A stretch of 64,000 nt of DNA from positions 22,134,001-22,198,000 of the forward strand of contig OZ286466.1 of the NCBI GenBank assembly GCA_965644265.1. The letters are read 5' to 3'. Origin of the DNA: Glycera tridactyla (Eukaryota). The notes beneath the pieces were generated by a model. That model was not told the DNA's origin. It worked only from the letters and a program-made list of their open reading frames with translations, and did not search any database. The translations under genes and the position numbers were made by a program. Shown here in pieces: positions 1-27,276 of this stretch; positions within the stretch are counted from its first letter, which is position 1; the number at the start of each line of letters is the position of its first letter.

Positions 1-16748
<16,748 letters not shown>

Positions 16749-19700
16749 AATTGACTGCGTAGGTGATTTTGAAACGGACTAGGGTAAAACAGGACTATAT
16801 ATAATTGTGTGGTTTGTCAAGTCTTGACCTGACGGTCGAAACGTTCCTTCTGATACAGGGGATCGGCAGCTGTCCAATATGGGGTGGTCGCTAATTGTGG
16901 ACCTCTGCAACACCTCAGAAAAGACAACTGACTTGGATCACATGCATATTTGACTCCCATTTTTCATTGCTGAGAATATCCTGCTGTTTCCCCAGCAAGG
17001 GCGATGGAGATGCCATGCGATAGATTCCATGAGATAGGACTTACCAGAATCTACGGCAATTGTTGAAGTGGCATCTCTCTTCACCTCGGTGTAATAGTCA
17101 TCGCCGATAAGAGCAGCAAATCACGGGTCAATGCCATCGGATGATAGGGACTCAACAATGAAGATGGAGAAGGAACTATGAAGAATACGGCCGTTGGATT
17201 TTGAACTGGCACACTTTGTCAACATATGACATGGTCCCACCACTCTGGGGTGCACTTTATAGCCAAAGCCATGTGTTTGTAGATATCCTCGAAATGCCGT
17301 ACCGGTGGGTGGTTATGAAAATGTGTCTGGGGAATTTGTATCAACTCAAACTAAGCTGGCCTGTTGTTTCTAGGTCACCTAATCTACCTCTTAATCACAA
17401 CTGACTGCAAGTGTGCCGTTGACGCTGATATTTTAGCGCAGTGACACCTACTGTTGAGTTTATCTCATCGAGTGTTTCACCAAGCTCCCCTAGGTGGTGA
17501 TATGCGTCTCATAAGTTGGGCAGATCGGCGCTGTCCGCATTTATGAGATTTCAAACCGACCCCTAATGGCGGAACATTCTTTCTACACTACTTTCTACAC
17601 TCCAGTTCATACGTGTGTTACCCTTTTCAAGGACATTCCTTCCATTTGGTAGCGTCGTGGAGTGATACCAAACTGATATAGCCTTTTTCCGTGTTCAGTA
17701 GTCTACGGAGAAGGTACTGGATCTTGGAGTGAGATTATTCACTCGATTTCAACCACAGCAATGACGGACTGAGAATCCTTCGATTCAATTGCCATTCGGG
17801 AGGAGAAACAGCGGGATTTCGATGAAGGAGCAGTATATTTCTCGCGGATTGCTGCAAGGGAATTCAAATGAATCACTGTAGTCGATGAACGACCGGGATT
17901 TCGGTAACACTCCGAATAACTATGAGAGGCTGGTGCCATTTCCCGAAATAATATCACGTAAATGTATACAGAGAATACGAGGAAGAAGGCATGAACTATG
18001 TAATACAGTTCACCGTGTTATGCGTTGACATGTGATCGATATTTTCATTGGTATTGACGTGAAACTGCTGCATGCGAATGCGTCATGAGGCTTGGATGAT
18101 AATAATATGGTATTCATTATTATCTCATCATTGCTATCATCATTATTTTCATCATGATTATGATTATTATCANNNNNNNNNNNNNNNNNNNNNNNNNNNN
18201 NNNNNNNNNNNNNNNNNNNNNNNNNNNNNNNNNNNNNNNNNNNNNNNNNNNNNNNNNNNNNNNNNNNNNNNNNNNNNNNNNNNNNNNNNNNNNNNNNNNN
18301 NNNNNNNNNNNNNNNNNNNNNNNNNNNNNNNNNNNNNNNNNNNNNNNNNNNNNNNNNNNNNNNNNNNNNNNNNNNNNNNNNNNNNNNNNNNNNNNNNNNN
18401 NNNNNNNNNNNNNNNNNNNNNNNNNNNNNNNNNNNNNNNNNNNNNNNNNNNNNNNNNNNNNNNNNNNNNNNNNNNNNNNNNNNNNNNNNNNNNNNNNNNN
18501 NNTACTATCATTATTATCAGTAGTAGTAGNNNNNNNNNNNNNNNNNNNNNNNNNNNNNNNNNNNNNNNNNNNNNNNNNNNNNNNNNNNNNNNNNNNNNNN
18601 NNNNNNNNNNNNNNNNNNNNNNNNNNNNNNNNNNNNNNNNNNNNNNNNNNNNNNNNNNNNNNNNNNNNNNNNNNNNNNNNNNNNNNNNNNNNNNNNNNNN
18701 NNNNATTATCATTATTCTTATCAATGTTATTATCCTCATTTTCATCATTATTATTCTATCAATATTATCATTGGCAGTATCCTCATTTTCATCATTATTT
18801 TTGCTGTTATTGATATCATATCATTATCATTAGTATCATTATCAGTATTATCACCACTATAACTATTACTACTATCATCTTCCTCATCGTTTTCACTCAC
18901 TCAATGCAACAAAATTCTTCTATTTATGGCACTTAGGGCATTTACTGCTTATACGACATTCCCAGAATACCTGAATTCTTGAGCTTGAAGTTAGTTACCC
19001 TGCACATTTTACAAAAGGATTATGATTCACAGTGATGTTTCATGATGATGAGATATGATTATCACTAGTCTTGTCATCATCTGTTGACAACAGAGAAGAC
19101 GTGATGATATCACATCATTCTTCGACATCCAAAATGTGACAAAGGCCGTTGCTATCAAGTTATTTCAATAGGTTGGGAGTAGAAAGCTTGTAAATGTAAT
19201 CTGCATCAAACTATGCTTACGAACTTCCATCCATCAAATAAAGTGGGGTATATCATGATGTAGGGTCAATTTTACTGAAATTTGGGTGCACGCATACTGA
19301 TGGGGTGCATTTACTTGCTATGGTAATTGGAAGCACATTCACCCCCAAAATGAGATGACCCCATCACAGTGAGAATGTTGAAAATTGGAGGCCCAAAGCT
19401 CATTGATTGGGTGCCGGCCAATTCGACTGCCATCCATAATACACCCCGATATGATGATACTGTATGGCGAATATGGGTCTTCAGTTGGATGTGAATTCCT
19501 TCTTAGAACCCTCTTTTCCCATATTTGCCAGAGAGGAACAATGTATGTATATAAATTATCATGTATCTGTGAAAGAAAGAAGAAATATATTTTCTTACTT
19601 GGACATTCATACCGGTACATACCAGGAATGTATATAACTTGTATATATATGTGTGTTGGGGGATTAGTAAATGAAGTGTGGGTAAAGACTGGATATAATC

Positions 19701-20809
19701 AGTGATCCCATCTGTTTTAGCCATTTCTGATGAGCTATGATCTGGCATAATATTGTTATAAAGCTTGAATGTGTCATTAGGTTGAGAAGAGCCTGACGAA
19801 TCTCGATGAGAATTGGTAGCATTCTCATAACTGATAATTGGATATGACTAATCAACCGATCATTCCTTTGTATGTCTCAGAAGATCAATGCCCGCGAGTC
19901 GTCTATTTTATGAGCATTGCAACCCCAGTCTTTCTCAAGAGCGATAGACCACCTCCTTATGAAAAAAAACTCTCAGGGTGTGAGTACACTAACTAGGATC
20001 GTAAGAAGTCAATTTCTTCACAATCAACGATAGTATAAAAGGAAGAATGTATCACTCCAGCAGCTACTCATTGCAGATCAGGCGCAGAAATGCCTTGACC
20101 TTTTGACTGGGCGACCTGCACCTCGCAGGAAATGCTGTGCATCTTGATGTATCGGAATGATGAGGCAAACTTCATATGAAAGCCCACAAGAAGGTATCAC
20201 AGAAATTCAGTTAATCATATGTGCCATTCCAAATCATTGCATCAGGTGTCGTCCCATCCTTGGAAATTCAGATATTCGTTGATAATTTCAGCTGAGGTCA
20301 GCTTAGTGCTGTATGGAATTTACAGAAAGCTGTATCATGCCATTTTCCAAAGTAGTGTTTGAGAATGATTGCTTGAATGAGTATTCGCAATTGGCCTATA
20401 TTGGGCACATTATGTCACATTAATCAGTTTTCGATCATGCTTCCTGTATTCCATATCATGAAAGATACATATAGATACTTCCTTGGAAATCCACGTGAAC
20501 TGAGCATTCAATTATATCATACGCCAATATTTAGTTTTCCACCATATGAGCTGAAACTATTTCTCCGGATGTATCCTATCAGTCGATTCGAAGAATCCCT
20601 AGTGTATAAAGGTGAAGTTGTGGTTATATTGTTGTGCTATGTTTTGTGTTTTTCATAAAAGATTAAGATGGTGTGAGTTATCGGCAAAGTCTGCTTGAAA
20701 AGGAAAGATATTTTTGTAAATTGTATATGATTTCAGGGAATATTGTAGGCTTGTGCCATTTGGTGATGTGGCATTGATGGGATGGATTTTCTGTAAATAG
20801 GCACTTATC

Positions 20810-20812
<3 letters not shown>

Positions 20813-20847
<35 letters not shown>
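20813..20847. repeat. (TA)n microsatellite, left half of the retroelement target site
   Basis: Pure AT dinucleotide run directly abutting the element end. Confidence 0.95.
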
Positions 20848-20850
<3 letters not shown>

Positions 20851-21710
20851 TGACGAGGCAGCAGGACTCTCTTCTCTTTGTGCGACCGAAGGAAGATTTG
20901 AAACATCAGTTTCAAACGCACCTTTATATTGACCAGAGACGCTTATAAGTTGCTAGGGGTGATTTGCTAGGCAACAGGCATCACAACTCGGCGTCGTGCC
21001 TCGTTTTCCAGCCTCCTCTTCCAAATAAGGCAAATCAGATCAGACTCACTCTAAGACTTGGAACAAGAAATGTCTTTAACAAAATTCTTGCTTCAAAGTC
21101 GGTGGTCCCCCCTTAAAGGCATAAAATCGTGTGATATTGGAATGTTATCACTTCTTTCATGCTAAATGTCGCCAAACATTCTGTTTTGGCTTGCCATCCC
21201 CTTCGGTTTCGAAGTCAAAGCTTCTCATCAGGCACGGTAGATCCCAAGCCTTCGGTCCCCATTTCTGGGTCTAAAAACCTCCCTGTAATGGTTTATATTA
21301 ACCGGTTGGTTGCCCAGGCTTGGCCCAGGGTCCCTGGTTTTTACCCGGGGGTGGTCACACCCCGGATTATGGGAGGCGGTCCAATGTGTGGGCCTTCAGT
21401 GGGTTCAGAATGACGAACGTCATTCTCCTGTCATTTAAAGGGTCAAGATTACCCTCCCACTTATTTTTAACATTAAGACCTAATGTTAAATCAATCTAAG
21501 CGTCTGTCAATACTGACTCTGGTCCCGGTGCATGGTCAGATGGCCTTTACCATGATGATTGTTCATCATGTAGATCCCCATTCCCTCTCCGGAAATGATA
21601 ATTAAATATGAAGTGACGAGGCAGCCTTCAAGGGTTTGGGGTTCTAACTGTCACCCTCATGATGGGGGTGTCTCAATATACCCACTTTCTACTAGGGACG
21701 TCCCTTCTTG
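20843..21710 (-). repeat. Pseudo-LTR, 3' copy (868 bp)
   Basis: Direct repeat of 27275-28142 (offset 6432). In sense order it holds the last codons of ORF2, the 3' UTR and the whole leader up to the ORF1 ATG. Confidence 0.95.
20880..21235 (-). ncRNA. Discontinuous type I hammerhead ribozyme candidate (3' pLTR copy)
   Basis: Sense strand: GTGC-CTGATGA-GAAG(ctttga)CTTC-GAAA-CCGAAGGGG, then about 300 nt, then TTCCTTCGG-TC/GCAC. Stem I 4 bp, stem II 4 bp, stem III 8 WC + 2 GU. GUC triplet at 20886-20884, predicted cut between 20884 and 20883. Confidence 0.8.
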
Positions 21711-24376
21711 TAGAATCTCCAATTTCTACTACCCCCATAGTCTTTGCTTTTAAGCATGGTATTTAGACCAGTGGGGCGTTGAGTTCTCAACCGGTGTATC
21801 CAGTTTTTCTCAATTAAAAGTCTCAGATTCTCAGCATATTTCGCCAAGGGATCTGTATAGATGAAATCGAGAACAAAGAGTTCCACATCTTCTTTGCCTC
21901 GATGGCCCTCACTATTAAAGTGCCTGCCAATGTCATCTTCTAACACCTTCCTTTTAATCCTGTCTATATGACCTTGCATCCTTTTCATAATAGTGGTCCT
22001 AGTTTGGCCCACATATTGTTTGCCGCATGTGCGACATTGAATGCAGTAGATTAAATTTGAGCTTTTGCATGTAATATTCATTTTGCATGAATATTTCTGG
22101 CCCGTGTATTTGCTCACTATCATCCCTGATTTATTCAATAAAGGACAGTGGTTACATTTTTTGGTTGTACAGACATTGCGCCCTTGTCCACCCGTGCCTT
22201 CCCCCTCCACGGAAGTGGCCTTCGCCCCCTTGGGTTTGACCTTGGTTATGACCTCAGGTGTGACCTTGGTCGTAACCTTGGGTGTGACCTTGACCTTGGG
22301 GAGCTTCGCTCTCACCAGCATGTCTTTCAGGTTGGGCGCTCTTCTATACCCGAAAATAACCTTCAATTCTGAAAGTTCCTTCGTGCAAGAAGATCTGGAG
22401 AGTACTTCCCAATGTTCATCGACGATCTCCCTGATCTGTCCATTTTTGGGATTAAATGTCGAAGTTAGGAAGAGGTCTTTTGTCTCTCCTAAAATCTTTT
22501 CCTTCTTTCTTACCTCCAACGTTTCTTTTCTCGGTTTTTCCGTTGCTTTTTCCCAACATTCCAGCACCAATTCCAGTGGATATCCCCTTCTTAGGAAATG
22601 TCCAAATATCATCATGCTGTGTTTCCTGTAGTCCTCTTCTCTAGAGCATATTCTTCTTACTCTGAGAAACTGACTAAATGGTAAACTTTTTTTCATGTGG
22701 AATGGATGGGCAGAGCTAAAGTGGAGGTAACTGTGGCTATCCGTTGGTTTTGAATATACCTCCGTCCACAGTTCTCCTGTTTCTGACAAATGCACTGTCG
22801 TGTCCAGAAAAACAATCTCTGAAGTTGATTTTTCGGCGGTGAATTTGATCTTTTCATGGCATCCATTGAGGTATGCGATGAAGTCATCCAATTTCTCTTC
22901 GGTCTCTGTCCAGATTCCGAAGATATCATCTAGAAAACGTCTCCAGATGATGGGTTGTTCTTTATACCCATATACATGGTTTTCTTCGAATTCTCCCATG
23001 AAGAAATTCGCTAGACTCGGAGCCACACGTGTGCCCATGGCTGTACCTCCTATTTGTAGGTAGTGTTCCTCATTGAAACTAAAATTGTTTCGTGTTAGTA
23101 CTAACTCCAAGAGGCGTATTAGGGACTCATTTTTGGGGACCTTTTTAGGATCCCTATGTTCTTCCAAAAGGTGCCGAATACATTCCACCCCCTCTTTCTG
23201 TGGGATGTTTGTATAAAGGCTCGTGACATCACAAGTAAATAGGATGGCCCCCTTCGGTAGCTGTCCTATTTTTTCCAGAGTGTTAATAAAATCTGTAGTG
23301 TCACGAAGGTAACTCTTTACCTTAGGCAGGAGAGGTTTTATAAAATGATCCACCAATTTGGATATTTTCTCTGTCGGGCAATTGTTGGCCGATATAATCG
23401 GTCTCCCCGGCGGAGGTATTTTTCCTTTGTGGATTTTTGGCAGCATGTAAAAAGAAGGGGTTCTGGGTGCATGATTCAACATGTATTGATAACATTTGTA
23501 AGAAATCTCACCCCTCAATTTCATTTTTCCAAGGAAGTCACAAACCTCCTTGTTATGTTTTTCAGTCAGGTCTTCATCTATTTTCCTGTAGAAGTCCTCG
23601 TTCTCCAACTGTGACATCCCTTCTTTGATGTAATCATCTCGATTCATGATCACAATCTTGGAACCTTTATCAGCCTTTTTCACCACTACATCAGTGTTAG
23701 AAAAGAGTTTTTTAATTCCCTTTCTCTCCTCGGGGCTGATATTCTCAGGTCTGTTCTTATTGAATATTACCTTTGACAGAGCAACCTCGTTCATGTCTGT
23801 AAAAGAGTTCAGACTCCTGGGGTTCTGTTTCGGTTCCCAAGTCGATTTTAGGGTGAAACCACCATGTTCAAAAGGGCTATATTCATCCCCTATGTAGAGT
23901 GTGGTGTTTGTAGTGTCATGTGGTGTGGCGGACGACGCAACAGAACATGTGGACTCATCTGTTGAAGCAACAGATGAGTCCAGAACACAAGGCATGGATT
24001 TTCCATGTTTCTTCTCAACCAATGATGTTGACTCAGAATCCCTGTTAAAATACACATAATTTCTCAATTTTCTATGAAAACTATCTAAGTCATCATTGAG
24101 TTCACCCATATCTGGTTCGCCCGGCGTCGGGCAAAATGTGAGTCCCTTGTTCAAGACTGAACGTTGAGACTCGGATAAGTTATGATCAGATAAATTCAAA
24201 ATTCCAGCATCATCAATATGCAAAGTAGAAACAATCAAGTCAGCATAATCTGAAATAACTTTATTTTCGTGCTGCCGGAGTATCACATCTGCCTTCTTCT
24301 TTTTATATAGAAAAGTCCATTTTTTGCGTATGGACTCGTCTTTCAGTTCATTGGAATTGTTCATTGAACAGTTCAT
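21692..24376 (-). CDS. Penelope-like RT + GIY-YIG endonuclease (ORF2), left copy; frame is open upstream to about 24598
   Basis: ILNLSDHNL...LNKGLTFCPTP, FYMLPKIHK, GRPIIS, DVTSLYTNIP, GTAMG, WRRFLDDIF, FLDTTV, KPTDSHSYL, CTTKKCNHC, NLIYCIQCRTCGKQYVGQT, HFNSEGH, WIHRLRTQRPTGLN. No internal stops. Confidence 0.96.
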   Translation of the reverse strand: MNCSMNNSNELKDESIRKKWTFLYKKKKADVILRQHENKVISDYADLIVSTLHIDDAGILNLSDHNLSESQRSVLNKGLTFCPTPGEPDMGELNDDLDSFHRKLRNYVYFNRDSESTSLVEKKHGKSMPCVLDSSVASTDESTCSVASSATPHDTTNTTLYIGDEYSPFEHGGFTLKSTWEPKQNPRSLNSFTDMNEVALSKVIFNKNRPENISPEERKGIKKLFSNTDVVVKKADKGSKIVIMNRDDYIKEGMSQLENEDFYRKIDEDLTEKHNKEVCDFLGKMKLRGEISYKCYQYMLNHAPRTPSFYMLPKIHKGKIPPPGRPIISANNCPTEKISKLVDHFIKPLLPKVKSYLRDTTDFINTLEKIGQLPKGAILFTCDVTSLYTNIPQKEGVECIRHLLEEHRDPKKVPKNESLIRLLELVLTRNNFSFNEEHYLQIGGTAMGTRVAPSLANFFMGEFEENHVYGYKEQPIIWRRFLDDIFGIWTETEEKLDDFIAYLNGCHEKIKFTAEKSTSEIVFLDTTVHLSETGELWTEVYSKPTDSHSYLHFSSAHPFHMKKSLPFSQFLRVRRICSREEDYRKHSMMIFGHFLRRGYPLELVLECWEKATEKPRKETLEVRKKEKILGETKDLFLTSTFNPKNGQIREIVDEHWEVLSRSSCTKELSELKVIFGYRRAPNLKDMLVRAKLPKVKVTPKVTTKVTPEVITKVKPKGAKATSVEGEGTGGQGRNVCTTKKCNHCPLLNKSGMIVSKYTGQKYSCKMNITCKSSNLIYCIQCRTCGKQYVGQTRTTIMKRMQGHIDRIKRKVLEDDIGRHFNSEGHRGKEDVELFVLDFIYTDPLAKYAENLRLLIEKNWIHRLRTQRPTGLNTMLKSKDYGGSRNWRFYKKGRP

Positions 24377-24387
24377 ACCGCTACTAG

Positions 24388-27276
24388 CTAATACCGATTT
24401 TGACGGTTCTGGGGGCGGTTCCTTGGTTTTTGTGCGATGTCTAGCATGATGCTTTCCACCGCCTGCCTGAGTCCGGTCTTGGAGTTGCTTTCCTCCTGTC
24501 TTTTCCTGTAGCTCGGGTGGTTCACCTGTCTGGGGCGGTCGGGCACATACCTCCCCTTCCTGGGCCACCCTCCCCGAAAATCCTGGGTCTTCTTGCCTTT
24601 AGGGGATACAGGGGAACGACTCCGGGATCTGTTTGGTTGTCTGCGATTTGGGGAACGATTCCTTCGCTGGGAATTCCAGTTCGGTTTATATCCCCTCTTG
24701 GTAGACTCTTCCACTTCCATCTCCTCATTTTTTGGCTCACGTGAGTCATCTCTTGCTCTGAAATTGATGGCTTTTGGTTCACGTTTCTCTGCCAAGTTCT
24801 GTGGAGCCAGTAAAGTGTCTACTATTGCCTGGCATGTTATTGGGTTCTTCCCAACTTCTATTTCCAGTTTTGCCAGTATCTTTCGAGCATTTACCTTCTC
24901 TCGGATTGAGAGGGCCTTCAGCAATCGGTTGCATATCTCGAAGTCCGCCGATTTTTCGGTCTCGTATAGAAGTTTAACGGCTTCTGTGTTGGCAGTGCCA
25001 ATCTTTTCGAAAAACGCCGCCTTCTTTTCCAGGGCTGTGGCAACAAACAGCATTCGTTCCTGGGCTTGGCCCCTCACAAGCTCATTGAACTCTTGATGTA
25101 TTTCTTTGTTAGCCGGGACATATGCAGGGGCCTCTTCAAGGCCCAATGCCCATGCTGGAATACGGTCGGCAGCTGCCATGGCTCTCAGATGGGCAGCCCT
25201 TGTCATTGCTTTCGCTTCTGCTGCCATGGCTCCTCTGGCACGTCTAAATGTATCCGCAGCCACATGGGGGACAGTAATATCCTCTTCCAGTACTGCTTCG
25301 TAGTCCCATCCATCGTCCACATCCTGCAACCAAACAGAAGATTTGTTATTTGGGTTAACAATGGGGGGTGCATTCTCCCTCTCATTACCCTCTCTCTTTT
25401 CTAAATCTCTTGTCTGGCTATTGGATATCTCGATTCTGACACTATGGACACTCTCTTCACTAGAAATAGTGTCCCTGTTATCGAATCTACGTTGTCTCTT
25501 CCTTTTTCTCTGTTTATCACTTCGAGATAAAGGAGGGTCCTGGGAACTCATCTCTGGGTCTTCCTCTAAGGACTTTAAAATTTCCAGAGTACACGAGCGT
25601 TGTGAGCTTAGCTCCGTCTCTCGTATGTCTGGTGCTGATCGTGTATTCTCATTGCCAGTCTCAATATAGCACCGAGGCTGTTTTCCCTCAGCTACCGAGA
25701 TACTGGGGGTCACTTTCTTCACTGTATCAAAATCATCAAGACTGTCTAGGAAATTGGACATCCCCTTACTAGCACTGTTCACAATAAGATCAGTAATTGT
25801 GCTGTTTGAGTTGTAATTCTCAGGGCTGTATTTTAGTCCTTTCACCCTAGATGCGTATGAGATGTTGGAGGTGGTCCTCTGTAGACTAAGATCACCCTCA
25901 CTACTGACTAACGTGATCTGACTGTCCGTTTGTTCAGCAGTGGATTTTGGATGTCTTACATTTGATCCAAAGATAGATGTGATCTTTCTTTGGCCTCTTT
26001 CAGGTTTGTGTTTCTTGGGAGGACCTCTGGTGGATCTACCAGGCGGATTTAGTTCCTGTGGTGATCCGCCTGCCGATAGTGGCGCTATTTTCGCGTCCGC
26101 GGCTATTTTCTGGGTCAGTGTGTCATTTTCGCGACGCTGTTTTCCATCGCTCGTTTGTGGCTCTTCTTCTCCAGGAGTTTGGTCATTTGGGATGTTTCTT
26201 TTGCCAGTTAGGATTCTACGAGGGGCTCCTACAGTTGGGAGATCATCCCAGATCCCAATGCTACTCGGAGATGCATCTGGCCATAGATCGGGTGAGTCAA
26301 ATGGCGCATTCAAATAAATTTCCGTGTCATTTGACCCAGCGTGGGTCTGAATGTCATACGCAGTACACGCACCCGGTATTTCATTCAACACACTGACCAT
26401 TGCGCTCTCTTTCTGTTCATAAATACGTGGTTTCTTTCCGTCAAATGAACAGTGTACATCATAAACTAACGCTGAAATTCCTGTGTCATTTTCAGGTAGT
26501 TTTTGGGTTTCCTTACTGCTGAAAGTCACCCGACGTCCCACCGACGTTGTGGGATTTATAGTAACTGACAGAGTAGGTGATTTTGGGTCTCTTTCATTTA
26601 TGTCACGTGTAGCTGTGTTATTTTCGGATATGGATGTATTTTTATCCATTCCCTTTATTTTCTGGAGGTAATTGACCTTTTTCATCCCTACATCGCATGA
26701 CGTGGGTACCTCATATTCCAAAGGTTGGACTTCATTAGAGTCAATCGTTTTTGGTTTGTTTTTTAAGGAGCCTTTTGGAGAATCAATATCCACAAAGACA
26801 TCTACAGGTGACATATTTGAAGGTGATTTGGGATCAACTATGGTAATGGATCTCGAATCCTTTTTCGTGTTAGAGATCTCAACTCGAATTGTATCTCTTT
26901 CACTATATCTCTCACGACGCGTTTCACGACGCGGTTTCCCAAAGGTAGCAAACAATGGCGCGTCATGGGCGATTTCCAATGTTTTGCTTGCATTTTCGTC
27001 TTCGCGGTCTACTAAAACCACCGAATTTCCCAACATCGAGTCAGGAGAAGCAGTAGAAGACAATAAATCTGGATTACTTACACCTTTATCGGTGCTTTCA
27101 TCTTTCCCTGAGTCCACATCTCCAGCTGGCGTCTTTTCATCGGAAATTTCACCATCTTCGTTGGATGCGGTCTCCATTCTTTCATCAGCGTCCTCCGCTG
27201 GTGCAGCATCTTTCGATGAGGTGGGTTTTTCATTTGTGGCCATCTTCAGTTCGAAGAGTCCTGAAATTTTCTTCAT
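24388..27276 (-). CDS. ORF1 of the Penelope-like element (962 aa; acidic/low-complexity N-terminus, helical domain, R/S/P-rich basic tail), left copy
   Basis: Uninterrupted 962-codon ORF directly upstream of ORF2; protein identical to the right copy in the ORF track. Confidence 0.85.
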   Translation of the reverse strand: MKKISGLFELKMATNEKPTSSKDAAPAEDADERMETASNEDGEISDEKTPAGDVDSGKDESTDKGVSNPDLLSSTASPDSMLGNSVVLVDREDENASKTLEIAHDAPLFATFGKPRRETRRERYSERDTIRVEISNTKKDSRSITIVDPKSPSNMSPVDVFVDIDSPKGSLKNKPKTIDSNEVQPLEYEVPTSCDVGMKKVNYLQKIKGMDKNTSISENNTATRDINERDPKSPTLSVTINPTTSVGRRVTFSSKETQKLPENDTGISALVYDVHCSFDGKKPRIYEQKESAMVSVLNEIPGACTAYDIQTHAGSNDTEIYLNAPFDSPDLWPDASPSSIGIWDDLPTVGAPRRILTGKRNIPNDQTPGEEEPQTSDGKQRRENDTLTQKIAADAKIAPLSAGGSPQELNPPGRSTRGPPKKHKPERGQRKITSIFGSNVRHPKSTAEQTDSQITLVSSEGDLSLQRTTSNISYASRVKGLKYSPENYNSNSTITDLIVNSASKGMSNFLDSLDDFDTVKKVTPSISVAEGKQPRCYIETGNENTRSAPDIRETELSSQRSCTLEILKSLEEDPEMSSQDPPLSRSDKQRKRKRQRRFDNRDTISSEESVHSVRIEISNSQTRDLEKREGNERENAPPIVNPNNKSSVWLQDVDDGWDYEAVLEEDITVPHVAADTFRRARGAMAAEAKAMTRAAHLRAMAAADRIPAWALGLEEAPAYVPANKEIHQEFNELVRGQAQERMLFVATALEKKAAFFEKIGTANTEAVKLLYETEKSADFEICNRLLKALSIREKVNARKILAKLEIEVGKNPITCQAIVDTLLAPQNLAEKREPKAINFRARDDSREPKNEEMEVEESTKRGYKPNWNSQRRNRSPNRRQPNRSRSRSPVSPKGKKTQDFRGGWPRKGRYVPDRPRQVNHPSYRKRQEESNSKTGLRQAVESIMLDIAQKPRNRPQNRQNRY

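Noticed and set aside
16821-16845. GAC-loop-GTC-GAAACGTT hammerhead-like remnant (similar GGGA...TCCC-GAAAGCTT at 46001-46040)
   Set aside because: The CUGANGA core is absent or degenerate; at best decayed relics.
19727-19760. CTGATGAG hammerhead-like core
   Set aside because: No stem II followed by GAAA.
21181-21240. Compact (minimal) hammerhead fold using only local sequence
   Set aside because: No NUH triplet with correct stem III and stem I pairing lies nearby (GAUG is non-cleavable and mismatched); only the distal strand at 20880-20894 fits.
21260-21400. HDV-like ribozyme in the GC-rich hairpin region
   Set aside because: GGCCCA/UGGGCC could form P1, but P3, P1.1 and J4/2 could not be placed in the required order.
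21159-21413. 84-aa + strand ORF repeated identically at 27591-27845
   Set aside because: Antisense shadow over the structured pLTR and ribozyme; its identity comes from the pLTR duplication and it has no recognisable motifs.
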